Source: Octopus sinensis
Taxonomy: Eukaryota
Length of the DNA stretch: 64,000 nucleotides
NCBI RefSeq assembly: GCF_006345805.1
Contig: NC_042998.1
Location: forward strand, 90,024,001 to 90,088,000
Direction: 5' to 3'
Program-made: the position numbers and the translations under genes
Notes under the pieces: model-generated
Databases searched by the model: none
What the model saw: the letters and a program-made list of their open reading frames with translations, nothing else
What the model was told of the DNA's origin: nothing
In this document: piece by piece, positions 41,088-54,049 of the stretch
Numbering within the stretch: position 1 is the stretch's first letter
Layout of the letters: each line of letters opens with the position of its first letter

Positions 41088-41319
41088 GGTACAAATATTG
41101 CTTTTGTTGCTACTAATTATACATTGAGGATAATTTCTTCTCCCCTATCTCTTACAAGTGTCGGAAGCCCTGCAAAGTTTGATGAGCAGCTCCCTTCCCT
41201 CATGACTAAAACATGTTTGTGGTGTGTGTGTGTTTGTGTGTGTGTGTGTCTGTGTGTGTCTGTGTCTGCATGTGTGTCTGTGTGTGTGTGTCTGTGTGTG
41301 TGTGTCTGTGTGTGTGTGT

Positions 41320-41387
<68 letters not shown>

Positions 41388-41842
41388 TTTAAGAATCATA
41401 AATTTGATGCGGCTACAATATTTATGGTTTACTGGAATTAAAGAGAGATGGGGCCTTAATATAATTTTGTTGAGCATGTATAAATGTATAAGAATTGCAG
41501 ATAAAAGTATTCCCCGATCTGTGTATTACATACTATACCATAAAATAAGATTGCTCAATGATATTGCTAACATATGGTTCCTGTCTACGCTAAATATCAA
41601 CTCGACGATATTTACTGTTTACTTACAAGGTAAATTTACTCCCAAACATATGTCTATTTTTATGTATGCATATACATTCCAACCACAAACAAAAGGAAGA
41701 AATGTTGTAGGATAGATATGCAGAAGATTGCAGCAGATTTCGGAAGCAAAGGGTTCCTTTATAATAAAAAATTATAAATTTACTGCTACGTTTACAATAC
41801 AAGATATTAAACATTATAAGACTAAATTATAAGCATTACGTT

Positions 41843-42057
41843 GATTTCAAGTTTTGGCACAAGGGCAGCAATTTCGGAGGGGGGTGTAAGTTTATTATAT
41901 CGACCCCAGTGCTCTACTGATACTTATTTTATCGACTCCGAAAAGGTGAAAAGCAAAGCCGACCTCAGAAGAATCTGAACTCAGAACGTAAAAGACGGAT
42001 GAAATGTTACTAAGCATTCTACTCGACTTGCTAACGGTTCCGCCAGCTCATCGCCTT
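41843..42057 (-). mobile_element. SINE family A
   Basis: Reverse head and core match. Confidence 0.85.
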
Positions 42058-42321
42058 AATTATAAGTATTACATTAGCATTAAATTATGTTAGTATCGTA
42101 ATCATCAATTTATGGTAGAAAAAGAGCTACAGACTTCTTGACAAAACTCTGACTACGTTTTTATTTTTATAATTTGACTATATTCATAAAGTCAAAACTT
42201 GTCGCAAACACAAACATGGAACGATGTGAAATACATAATTAAGTCAGACATTATTAAAATAAGAAACTTGCGTATTATCCTTGAAAATAGTAAGATAAAC
42301 GCTTTTCTACTTGTTATAGAC

Positions 42322-42676
42322 ATGAGACTGCGGCCATGTTGAGGCACCACCTTGAAGGTATTAGTCGAAACAAATGGACTCCAGTTCTTACTCTTTCAAA
42401 GCCTGGTACTAATTCTATCGGTCTCTTTTTGAACCGCTAGCAAAATTATACCGGTTGCTAAACGGACCGGGGAACAAACTAAAAAGACACACACACACAC
42501 AAGTATATACTTATATAAATGATTGACTTCTCTTAGTTTCCGCCTACCAAATCCACTCACAAGTCTTTGGTCGGCCCAAAGCTACAGTACAAGACACTTG
42601 CCCAAGGCGGTACGCAGTGGGACTGAACCCAGAACCCAGGTTGGGAGGCAAAATTGTCGCCACACAACCATGCTTG
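42322..42676 (-). mobile_element. SINE family B (diverged)
   Basis: Reverse match to family B. Confidence 0.85.
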
Positions 42677-43047
42677 ATGATAAAATAGTACATACAGGTT
42701 ATGTATGTATGTATGTATGTATGTATGTATTATGTATGTATGTATGTATGTATGTATGTATGTATGTATATAAAATTAATCACAAGATATTTGTAGTTGA
42801 TGCGCTACTGTGTAAACTATATAAATGCAGTTTCCTTCTTGTCATTAGGCCAGGTGTCCATTTATCGATTTTAAATTCATGCATATGATATCCAATACGA
42901 TAATAAGGTTCATTCAGTATATATGTGCGTGTGTGTGTGTATGTATGTATGTATGTATGTATGTATGTATGTATGTATGTATGTATGTATGTATGTATGA
43001 ATGTATGTATGTATGTATGTATGCATGTATGTACGTATGTATGTATC

Positions 43048-43228
43048 GAGTGGCTGTGTGGTAAGTAGCTTGCTTACTAACCACATGGTTCGGGGTTCAG
43101 TACCACTGCGTGGCACCTTGGGCAAGTGTCTTCTGCTATAGCCTCGGGCCGACCTTAGCCTTATGAGTGCATTTGGCAGACGTAAACTGAAAGAAGCCTG
43201 TCGTATATATGTATCTATATGTGTGTGT

Positions 43229-43270
<42 letters not shown>

Positions 43271-43519
43271 TGTGCTTCTGTGTGTCTGAGTGTGTGTATG
43301 TGTGTGTGTGTGTGTGTGTATGATTGTATGTCTCTATTTGTTCCCCCACCATCACTTGACAACCGATTTTGGTTTGCCTACGTTCCCGTAGTCTAGCGGG
43401 AATAAGTACTAGGCTAACAATGAATAAATTCCGGGGTTGATTTGTTCGACTAAAAGCGGTGCTCCAGCATGGCCGCAGTCAAATGACTGAAACAAATAAA
43501 AGAGTAAAAGAGTAAAGAG
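43048..43519 (+). mobile_element. SINE family B
   Basis: Head to AAAGAGT tail. Confidence 0.9.
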
Positions 43520-44157
43520 TGTATATGTATATATATATTTATATATATTATATAGAGGGCACTATTACACATAGATGCCGCACTACTTGATAATTTCTTA
43601 TGAAGATTTTATCCTATTTTTAAATTTATATATATATATATTATATATATATATATATTATATATATATATATATATATATTAATTATATAATTAATGTA
43701 TATATCGGTCTCATATATATATATATATTAATCGTTACTGTCTCGAGCCTTGTGAGTTTATTTGGGAGATGGTAACTGAATGAAGCCTGCCGTATGTGTG
43801 TATGTGCGTGTGTGTGTGTGTGGTGTGTGTGTGTGTGTGTGTTGTGTGTGTGTGTATGATTGTATGTCTCTATTTGTTCCCCCACCATCACTTGACAACC
43901 GATTTTGGTTTGCCTACGTTCCCGTAGTCTAGCGGGAATAAGTACTAGGCTAACAATGAATAAATTCCGGGGTTGATTTGTTCGACTAAAAGCGGTGCTC
44001 CAGCATGGCCGCAGTCAAATGACTGAAACAAATAAAAGAGTAAAAGAGTAAAGAGTGTATATGTATATATATATTATATATATTATATAGAGGGCACTAT
44101 TACACATAGATGCCGCACTACTTGATAATTCTTATGAAGATTTTATCCTATTTTTAA

Positions 44158-44236
<79 letters not shown>

Positions 44237-44400
44237 TTATATAATTAATGTATATATCGGTCTCATATATATATATATATTAATCGTTACTGTCTCGAGC
44301 CTTGTGAGTTTATTTGGGAGATGGTAACTGAATGAAGCCTGCCGTATGTGTGTATGTGCGTGTGTGTGTGTGTGTGTGGTGTGTGTGTGTGTGTGTGTGT
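43319..44400. repeat. Near-identical ~540-bp tandem duplication bounded by (TG)n
   Basis: The block starting at 43319 recurs at 43855. Confidence 0.9.
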
Positions 44401-44878
44401 GTGTGTCTGTGTGTGTGTGTGTGTATGGTGCTAAACTGACCAGATATAAAAAGACAGGCAATTTTTGGTTTACCTTTTCTAGAACCTCCCCAGCCTCCGA
44501 GTGAGCAGTTCCCTCTCCAAATGGAGCTGCTCATACACCAATGCAGCAACCGAATCCTACCGCTGCCTTGTGCAACAAGGAGACGACTTTATATCTAGCA
44601 TTAGCCGCCTATGTGTATGTCGCTGACTACATGCTTCCAATCCGTCAGGGCTGCATGCTTCACCACCTTCCCGTCGCCGCAGGACTTCTGAATAAAAATA
44701 AAATAAATATATGCTTAAAATAGATATATAACTATATACTAAAAATAAAGATACATATACTTTGATACTTTGATAGGTTTCGGCCATTATTGGCCCAGGC
44801 CATGTCTAACTTAATAGCACCACCTTGTGAAGTCTTTCAAGTCAGAATTTGGGCACTATGGCCCACTCAAGTAGAGAG

Positions 44879-47810
44879 TTATTGTTTACAGAGACAGACA
44901 TATGCGGGTGTAGGGGGTTTATCCGGGATTTCTTGAAGGAATCTGTCCAAAGACTTCTTGAACCCTATAGGGTCAGTTTCTGTTTTAATGTGTTTTGGTG
45001 TAATGTTAAAGAGAGCGGGGCCAATTGAGGTGAAATAATTGTGCTGTATTGTTGTTATGAGATGAGAGTGCGATTTTTGTTTTGGGCGGATGGCACGGGG
45101 CCCAAGCCTTGGATGTACCTTAAAGGTGATGCCAACATCATTTGGGCAATGCTGATGGAATATTTTCCACATCATGCAGATGATGTAGCGCTCACGACGA
45201 CGTTGGAGAGAATAAAGTTTTAGCTTTTCTAGTCGACCCCAATAGTCGAGGCCTGTCATGCCATCTATCTTTTTTGTGATTGCCCTTTGAGGTGCTTCAA
45301 CTTTTATGATACTTTGTATTGTGTGGGGAGACCACAGTGGACAACAGTATTCAAGGTGGGGTCGGGCAAAAGTGGAGAAGAGAAGGATAATGGTGTGGAT
45401 ATCTCTCGACTGGAAAGTTCTGAGAATCCAGGAACACATTCTGCGGGCCATGTCAACTTTGGTGTTTATATGAGTGGCCCAGCTTATGTTGTTATCCACA
45501 ATTACTCCCAAGTCTCTGATGTTGTTGGACGCCGCGAGAGTTTCACCTGAAGGGAGGGAGTATGGGAGTTTCAGGGCATCCTCTTTTCCAAAGTGGATTA
45601 AATTAATTCAAATTTATCCTCGTTCAGCAGCATATTGTTTTTTTCTGCCCATTGGATAACAGCCAGTAGATCTGACTGAAGGCATGTCCGGTCACTCGCC
45701 TCATTTATGACCTTCTGTAGCTTGGAATCATCTGCAAAGATTTTTATGTTGCTGTGCTTGATGATGTCATTAATGTCATTAATGTAGATGATGAAAAGAA
45801 GTGGGCCCAGCACAGTGCCTTGCGGAACGCCACTACTGACTTTGGCTGGGCTTGATTTTACCCCTTCAACTACAACATGTTGAGATCTGTCTGTCAGGAA
45901 ACACTTGATCCATTTCAGTAACTTTCCAGAGACACCAATGTTGGATAGTTTTTTCAATAGGATCTTGTGATCGACCCTGTCGAAGGCCTTACTGAAATCA
46001 AGGTAGATAACATCGGTGTTGGAGCCCTCTCCCAAAGCTCTCAAAATGTCATCAAAGTGATGCAGGAGCTGCGTTAGGCAGTCCCTTCCATTACGGAACC
46101 CATGTTGGTTAGAGATCAGCCGTCTGTTGCTTTCCAGAAATTGGGTTATTCGAGATCTCACCACCCTCTCAAATACCTTGATGATATGAGAGGTGAGTGA
46201 GATCGGACGGTAGTTCACTGCAAGGACTTGTTTCCCTTTTTGAAAACTGGAACAACAGACTGGGACAGAAGGTTTTTTGGAATATAGCCAGCATCCAGTG
46301 AGTTTCTCCACAGATTAGCAAGGGGAGATGCAAGTTGGTGTCGACACATCTTCAGGACACAAGCAGGGAACCTATCGGGGCCTACTGCTGAATTGTGTTT
46401 TATTTCGTTTATCGCCGCTAAGACATCAGGGGCACTAAACGTTATGTCCGCTATAGTGTGTTGGGGGTTGACATCACTGATACAGCCCAGATCGGCCATA
46501 TCAGGATTGCTGAAAACAGAGCAGTATTGTTTCTGCAGTATCTCGGCCATGGATTTGGCATTATCTTGGAGAGTGCCAGTTTCATCAATTAGAGGGCCAA
46601 CAATGGAGACAGTGACCCTGCGTTTCCTCGCAAATGAAAAGAACACTTTGGAGTTGAGTTTGATTTTTTCAATGGCCCACTTCTCCTCAGCTGATCTTTG
46701 GTTATTGATGAGGGTCTTCATGCATTGTTGGAGGTTATATTTTTTGGATTCAAGCAGTGCGATAGCCGTCGAATGTGTGTGTTGCTGTTGGCAGTACTTT
46801 AGTTTGTTAATTTTTTTGTTTGTTCTTTTTATTTTTCTGATAATGGTTTTTCTGTTTTGGGGGATTCTGCACTTTTTGTTCACAGGTCTTGGTGGGGAGT
46901 GTTTTGCACATATGTCTGTGACGGTGTCTACAAAGATCTGCCAAGATGTTTTATGGTTGGTGGAGATGTGTGTATGTGTAAAGGACCAGTCAACATGTGA
47001 TAGCTCGTTCCTGAGTGCATCCCAGTTGGCATTATGGAGATCCATGTTGTCAAATGGGTGGGCTGGAGGGAGGTCACTAGGATTAGCTTTCGGCTGGTGG
47101 AATTTCATGTTACAGAGAACCATGTCATGGTCTGAAAGAAGGGTTTTTTCCACTGTAACGTTATGTATAGTGTTAGTGTGGTTACTAAACACTAGGTCCA
47201 AAATGTTCTTCTGATGTCTTGTTGGTGCAAGGACAAGTTGGGACAAGAAAAACTCATTCGTAAAGTCGAAAAGTGACTCTGCTGCTTCTTTGTCAGCGGT
47301 TGAGGCGGGAGTGCTTGGTTTCAAACAGTTTGTAGTCCAGTCAACACAGGGTAGATTGAAGTCTCCCATCATGAGTAGGTTGCTAGAATGGCACTGTTGA
47401 ATAAAGCACTTAATGCTGTTGAGGCATTCTTTAAAGCACAGTATGGGTGTTTGGGGCGGCCTATAGAGCCCAATTACTGTCAGGTCATTGGCTTTGTTGT
47501 GCACGGTGACTGATTCACAGTAGCCGTTGGAGAATATACTATTTCCATCTGCCGTAAACGAATCATGCAGGAAAATGGCAGTTCCACCCTTCCTTCTGCC
47601 GATACGATCCGCGCGGATGGTTGTGAAATTCTTCACTCTCACTTCGGCTTCCAAGTGGGAGTTGTCAAGGTGGGTCTCAGTGAGAATGAAGAAAGGGATG
47701 TGGCGTGGATGGTTACCAACCCAGTCTTCAATGAATTGGACCTTCCATTTTTGTGCATTGATGGAAGGGCTGACACCTTGTGCATTGAGTAGAAATGTGG
47801 AGGTTAGTGT
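44879..47810 (-). pseudogene. LINE ORF2: APE endonuclease plus reverse transcriptase (about 2 frameshifts)
   Basis: TETHL, YRPP, MGDFNLP, LDLVF, SDH; YRPISLTS, DFSKAFD, GVPQGTVLGPLLF, FADDSK. Confidence 0.95.
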
Positions 47811-47859
47811 AGTGGCTGGTTTTGACTGTTGCAGGGGGCTTGGATTTTTTGTGTGTTAG

Positions 47860-49003
47860 TGGCAGCAAGGTGGGGAATTGGTGCACTGGGGTAATAGCAT
47901 AGGATGGTGTTGAGTGATGGCTAGAATATTTTTGTGTATTTCTTTTGCCATGTTCAACATGGCTAAAAAAGAATTTTCCTGCTTAGGGAGCAGTTTTTGG
48001 CTGGAGGTGTGGTTGCACTGTTGGATAGGGTTGTAGTTTCCACTTTAGTTGTTGTTGTTTTTGTGTCTTCCTGAAAAGACTGGGCCAGCATTACTGCAGC
48101 ATGGTGTGTTTTTATTTTTATTTTTATTCAGGTTTGTGTGTTGGCTTGAAGCCCCGTTTCTGTTTGTGCGTCGGGTCCCTGGAAGATGAGTGAAGGGACA
48201 GTCACTCAGCAGACATATTCTCTCACGTTGGGAATACCGGCAGATGTTGGGACTCCGAGTTGTGTGTGTTTTGAATTTCGATTTACTATTTGGTGGTGTT
48301 GATGTTATTGTGGGATGCGTGCTTTGGCCTTGGCCGGTAGTGCGTCTAGTGCCAGGTAGATGCGTGAAGATGCAGTCACTATTTGTGCAGAGTCTCTGGC
48401 GCAGTAGTATTGAGGTGGTGATGTGGGGGAAGAGAGCAGTGGTTTCTTATTTGGTTTTTTGTTGGTATTTTTGGTGATAGAAGACGATGGTGGCAGCGGT
48501 GGTGATGATGATGATGATAATTGTGGTGGTTGCCGTGAGAGCGGTGAAAAGATACTGGCATTTAGTGAATCATCTAGTATGCTAGCGTTGAGGAGTGGCT
48601 GTTGTTGTTCTTATTGCTGTGGCTGTTGTTGTTGTTGTTGTGCTTGACCGATGTTAGGGTCAGCTATTGTGCTGGGAACTAGGAGTGGCTCATTCTGTTG
48701 TTGTTGTTGTTGTTGTTGTGGCTGTTGATTTTCTAGCTGTTGCTGTTCTTGAACAGTGAAAATATAAAGAAGTTTTTCAAAATGGCTTTTTGTCAGTTTG
48801 AAAGAAGCTTCGATATGCTTCAGCTTGCTACGAATCTGTTTGACGGATCGTGTGTTGATTATTTGTGATGTTTTTTCGGCAATCTCATTCAAACATAAAA
48901 CATTAAAATTTTCTGTTTGGGAAAGAGAGAACTAAGTGTTTATTAAAACATCAATTTCATTATCAGACCAATTTCGTCTGTTGCAGGCCTGCAAGTTAGT
49001 CAT
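47860..49003 (-). pseudogene. LINE ORF1: Myb/SANT-like N-terminus, Q/S/P-rich linker, two CCCH-type fingers
   Basis: MTNLQACNRRNWSDNEIDVLINT*..NEIAEK..TRSVKQIRSKLKHIEASF; ..RLCTNSDCIFTHLPGTRRT and CRYSQRERICLLSDCPFTHLPGTRRT. Confidence 0.65.
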
Positions 49004-50859
49004 GTTTGTTTTTCTTTTGATTTTTGATATATATATATTCTTTCTTGGGAGTTAAAGAAGTGTATATATATATAAATGTTCTCTCTTAAGGGTGTGAGTT
49101 TTTGATTATTTGGTTGTTTGAAGATATTAAAAGAAAAACAAGTGTATACAACAATTTGTAGTTAAATAAAAACGTACTTACGGGTTTGTAGGCAAACACG
49201 TGGTTACAAATATATATATATTTAAGGTCAGTTAAGTTTTGAAGCTGTGTAGCTGAAAATAAAATAAATATATATGAGAAAAAAAGCAGCACATATCGAG
49301 GAGAGGTCAACAATGCTTGTGCAGAGTTTTAGATCAAATAAGGCTTACACGACACTTCATAGGCCCTCTCCACTTTATTGACATTATCCAGTGACAAGCC
49401 AGTGTCTAGTGCTAATATGAGTCGCAGTCTCAGAGATGTGGGAGCGCCATGATCTCTATCACAAACCAAAGATGCCAAAATGTCCAGTACCATTCCCTTC
49501 TTATCTGGATTTATATCAGAGTGACTTTCTTCTAAAGACATGGTTCAAAAGAAGCTGAGGGATGCCTCACTCCCAGTGGTCTTTCAGCACGCCGGACATC
49601 ATCCCAGAAATTCTGCGTATCCGTGCTATTTCTAGATAGCTGTTGAGCGTGCACTAGGTTTATCCGACCTTTCAACAGGTCACTTATGAGTCTCTCATAA
49701 GTACTACTGGTAACATGGAATCCAGTACAACCTGTTGCATGGTCGGGTTGTCGGCACCCCCACTAGGCTACCCTGGTGAGAGGGGTTTGCTAGAAACCCA
49801 GCAGGATTGATATATATATATATATGTATATGCACACAAACATACATTTCTAAAAAATAAATTAACTAGGTGAAAAGAGTCTTTACCTATAATAGTTACA
49901 AACTCTCCCACAATTTTCAGATTCATGGTACCAATGCCCAACTTAAACACTTGCAAAACAAGAAAACATAAATGTCTAGAGAATAGAAAGCATCGTCAGA
50001 AAACATGTCCTAAGGCAAATGAGGAGAAGGTGGAGTTGCTAAGATCAGAGCTCTGTAAGTTTATCTCCTCCCTCCATACTTCCAACATAAAACGGCTCTA
50101 AATACTTCAGTTAAAAGGAATGAAGAAATATGTAATGCATACCGGTGCTGCAATTATTGTCGACTATATAGAATTGGTTTACAAGTATCTTTTAAATTTC
50201 GCTACGACATAGAAAGATAGCAGGTTTCTGAAAATGTCAACACAGTATATTGATAGTTTTGCTTCGGGTTGAATGACCGGTATTATTTTTGTAAAGTTAT
50301 GCAAAGGAGAAACGAGATTAAGCATTGAAGTTAAAGCTGCTATTAAGTTTTGTTAAATATATTTACAACGAGCTCCATCGCTACAGAGATATCCATTGTT
50401 AAGGAAGCTCTTAACATTGTATTACTTCATCTTATCAGATTTAATGACATTCTTCTGTCTCTGTCACTAGAGCAAAAAGGATGTAAGAATGGAGACATGA
50501 AGGAAATGGCTTGTCTGAGAATTCGTTCAACATTGTTTTATTTTCAGCTGTTTCTTTTTCATATATAAATAACCAATCCAATTGATTGGTCAGAGAATTA
50601 AATAAATAAAACTTTTTGCGCCACCGCCCAATCTACGTTGATGTACATGTGTTAACAACTGCGGGAACTAACTCATTCGAGAAAACTATCAGTTGCCATC
50701 CTTCCGGAGTTAGGAAATAGCACCGGGATCAACAAACTTCACTTCGAGAATGTTAACCAACCCTTAGACTAAGCGGCGTCTTCTTCCCACATTTTGACAG
50801 ATTCCGAGACTTTTGTCTCCTTCTCTCTCACTTTCTCTCACCCCATATGTGTGTGTGTT

Positions 50860-50890
<31 letters not shown>

Positions 50891-51313
50891 GTGTGTGTAG
50901 ACGCACGTACATATACCCATATATTTATATTTTATGTATATTATACATACAGAGAGAGAGAGAGAGATGGTTTGCCCCTGGCGGGAAATATGTCATCATA
51001 TATATTTATTTTTCTTGTTTATGTATATTTCATTCAGCACTCAACAGTTTCTACAATATACTAGCATATTTATTCCTTTATTCTTTTAATGCTTTATTTT
51101 GTTTTGATTGTATCCATACTGGAGTATAGAGGCATGAAGGGTTTAATCTATCATGGCGATCCCTCTAATTTTATCGATCTCATTATTTGCTCGTTTAGAG
51201 ACATGACGGGACGAAAACAACATAAACGAAACTGGTTTTTAGACTTTTAGACCATTGGAAGCATAAACATGGACCCACACGCAGACACATACACACACAA
51301 ACTCGCATATGTA

Positions 51314-52567
51314 CACAGACATGATAGAAGTAAATAGACACCTCATAAAACATTGTTTTATGTTTATTCTAACTTGAAAAGGTTTATATTTTTTATCACG
51401 TGACATTTTTATGTTTTAGGTTCTATATGTGACTGTTTAATCATGCCATGCACAAAAGAAGCCTTGGAACTGTCTGAATTTCAAAGTGGCCATATTGTGG
51501 GTCATTCTGAAGGTGGACATAGTCAGCGTAAAATCGCAGAAAGCCTAGGGGTCCGGCTTTCTACAGTTAATAGAGTGATTGTGCAATTCGCCAGAGAGGG
51601 GAAGAAGTCCACATCACCTCGCCCAGATCTACCAGAGTTCTCTGACATGACCCTTCTCTTTGTTAACAGAAGTGTGGAGGATAATCCTCGTTGCAAGGCC
51701 TCTGATATAGCAGAACAAGTTGATGTCAATCTCAGAACAGTTGTCAGGTATCTCCACAAATTTGGTTACTATGGCAGAGCAGTAAGAGGGAAGTCACTTC
51801 TTCGACCAGCCAACATCAAGCGGAGAGAAGATTGGGCCGGTGAGACGGTGGAGAAGCTACTAGCATTTTGGAACACTGTCATATTCTTTGATGAGTCCAG
51901 ATTTGCTGTATTTCCTGACAGTGGTCGTGTGTGGGTCTGAAGACTCTGTGATCAAGAATTTGATGTGAAAAGATTGCATCCAACAACGAAATACAGCAGC
52001 TATTCTGTGATAGTCTGAGGAGCAATTTTGAGCTATGGCTGATCAGAGTGTGAGGGATCAACGTGGAGTGTAAGGGAAACCTAAATTCAGATAAATATGT
52101 GTTCATATTGCAGAAAGGACTCCTTCCAATCCTCTCCAGTGATGAAATGATTAAAGAAGACTGTTTATGGAAAATGGAGCTTCTTGTCACACGTCTAAAA
52201 TGACCCAAGATTTGTTGGATGAGAATGGCATTAAAAAGCTTCCAGGGCCAAGCCAGTCACCAGATATAAACCTTATTGAACGCCTCTAGGACATAATGGA
52301 CAGGACATTTCATAAAAAGAACAAGAAAGCATCTTCAAAACCAGATCTTTTGAGATTACTGCATAAAACTTGGTAAGAAATTCCGCAAGAGAATATTCGT
52401 CATTTGATCAGTAACATCCCTAATAGGGTGTTTGCATTGAAAAATGCAAAGGGCATGTCTACTAAATATCAAATATTCACATCATAACAATTGATAAATA
52501 ACTTGAATGAATACTTTCAGATTTAAAGAAATTTTAATGATGTCTATTTACTTCTGTCATGTCTACC
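51314..52567 (+). mobile_element. Tc1-family transposon, ~1.25 kb, short TIRs
   Basis: AGACATGA.AGAAGTAAATAGACA inverted at both ends; TA at 51312-13 and 52568-69. Confidence 0.88.
51443..52472 (+). pseudogene. Tc1 DD34E transposase, disrupted
   Basis: HTH, IFFDESRF, second catalytic D changed to N (ENGASCH), SPDINLIE at 34 spacing, AKGMSTKY. Confidence 0.9.
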
Positions 52568-52980
52568 TATGGTAGTGTCAGTCTGTGTGTGTGTGTGTGT
52601 GGTGTGTGTGTGTGTGTGCGCGCGCTATTGGTTAAGCATCATTGCATCGAAACCGATATTATTGTCTTTTGTGAGAATCATAATGCCACAATAAACATAT
52701 TCACTGTTTGTAGTTTACTTCAGTTTTCTTCAGTGTTACTTAAAGTGAGAACTAGTTAAGCATAATTTTTCATCTCGATGCGGTGACCTTTTCATTAATT
52801 TAAAACTTTTTCTGCTTTGAAATTTGAAATTATCGAAAAGGTCATAAAAATGATGGCAAATTTGTTAACACTGTAAAATAAAACTGACGTGAAATAGTGG
52901 TCTCCAAATACACAACCATATCAGTTTCAACACACGGCTTGATATGAAAAATTCTTGCAAACCAAATCATAAAATGCTGT

Positions 52981-53037
<57 letters not shown>

Positions 53038-53040
53038 ATA

Positions 53041-53255
53041 CAGAGTAGATCAAAAGTAGGTTTATAGTTATTCAACTCTCTCTTTCACATTCATATATTA
53101 ACATTTTAGATCTTAATTATATAAAAATAATATGAAACCATTATTTTATGCTAATTTAGTTAATTGTAAAATAGAATTTAAATGTACTCAAATGTCTTTA
53201 AGAGAAATTTAAAGTGTCTACGTGATAACTGTAAACCTACTTTTGGGCCATCTTG
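53041..53255. mobile_element. Tc1/mariner-type MITE (~215 bp)
   Basis: ~30-bp imperfect TIRs (CAAAAGTAGGTTTA.AGTTAT), TA on both sides. Confidence 0.6.
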
Positions 53256-53263
53256 TATGTGTG

Positions 53264-53305
<42 letters not shown>

Positions 53306-53308
<3 letters not shown>

Positions 53309-53476
53309 TTTTTTTATTAAAGCTGCAAAAATATCACAAAAGCTGTTACTCAGACTTTCCTGTTCGTCGAACAGTTGTAAGAGTGTCACAGATTTGATCA
53401 CAACTGTCTGATGAACGGGAACGTGAAACTCTGAGTAACAGTTTTGTGATGTTTTTGTAGCTTTAATAAAAAAGCA
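53306..53476. repeat. 171-bp palindrome of hammerhead-bearing termini
   Basis: Arms 53306-53378 and 53400-53476; AATAAA near the outer ends. Confidence 0.85.
53402..53443 (+). ncRNA. Minimal type I hammerhead ribozyme with complete core
   Basis: aacugu-CUGAUGA-acg ggaa cgu-GAAA-cu cug ag-UA-acaguu: 6-bp stem I, 3-bp stems II and III, GUA cleavage triplet. Confidence 0.78.
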
Positions 53477-53574
53477 CATTACTCTACCTTCGGTATTCGA
53501 ATACTATTTTTTCCACCTCGTTTTGCATTTATGTACTTACTCGTGTGTATGTGTATATGTGTGTGTGTTCTTTT

Positions 53575-53966
53575 CTTTTATTCTTTTACTTGTTTCAGTC
53601 ATTTGACTGCAGCCATGCTGGAGCACCACCTTAAAGTGTTTTTTTTTCAGCTGAAGAAATCGACACCAGCACTTATTCTTTGTAAGCCTAGTACTTATTC
53701 TATCGGTTCTTTGACCGAACCACCAAGTGACGGGAACGGAAACACACCAACGATTGTCAAGTGATGGGGGGGGGGGGCAAACACACACAGACACACACAC
53801 ACACATATAAATACGATGGGCTTCTTTTAGTTTCCGTCTACCGAGTCCGCTCACAAGGCTTTGATCGGCCGAGACTATAGTAGAAGACATTCGCCCAAGG
53901 CACAACGCAGTGGGATTGAGCCCGAGATTATGGGGTTAGGAAGCAAACTTCTTACCACACAGCCTT
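53575..53966 (-). mobile_element. SINE family B
   Basis: Reverse match to family B. Confidence 0.88.
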
Positions 53967-53997
53967 ACACACACACACACACAACACACACACACAT

Positions 53998-54044
<47 letters not shown>

Positions 54045-54049
54045 AATTA

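Larger units (their letters stand above)
44757..49320 (-). mobile_element. CR1-group LINE, near full length (ORF1 + ORF2), (ATCAAAGT)n tail
   Basis: ORF2 and ORF1 motifs listed below; repeated TACTTTGA at 44757-44775; 5' limit approximate. Confidence 0.9.

Noticed and set aside
46393-47214. 273-aa plus-strand ORF
   Set aside because: Antisense shadow of LINE ORF2 with no recognisable motifs.
48560-48760. PolyQ tract as a host transcription-factor exon
   Set aside because: It is collinear with LINE ORF1/ORF2 and interrupted by stops, so it is treated as an ORF1 linker.
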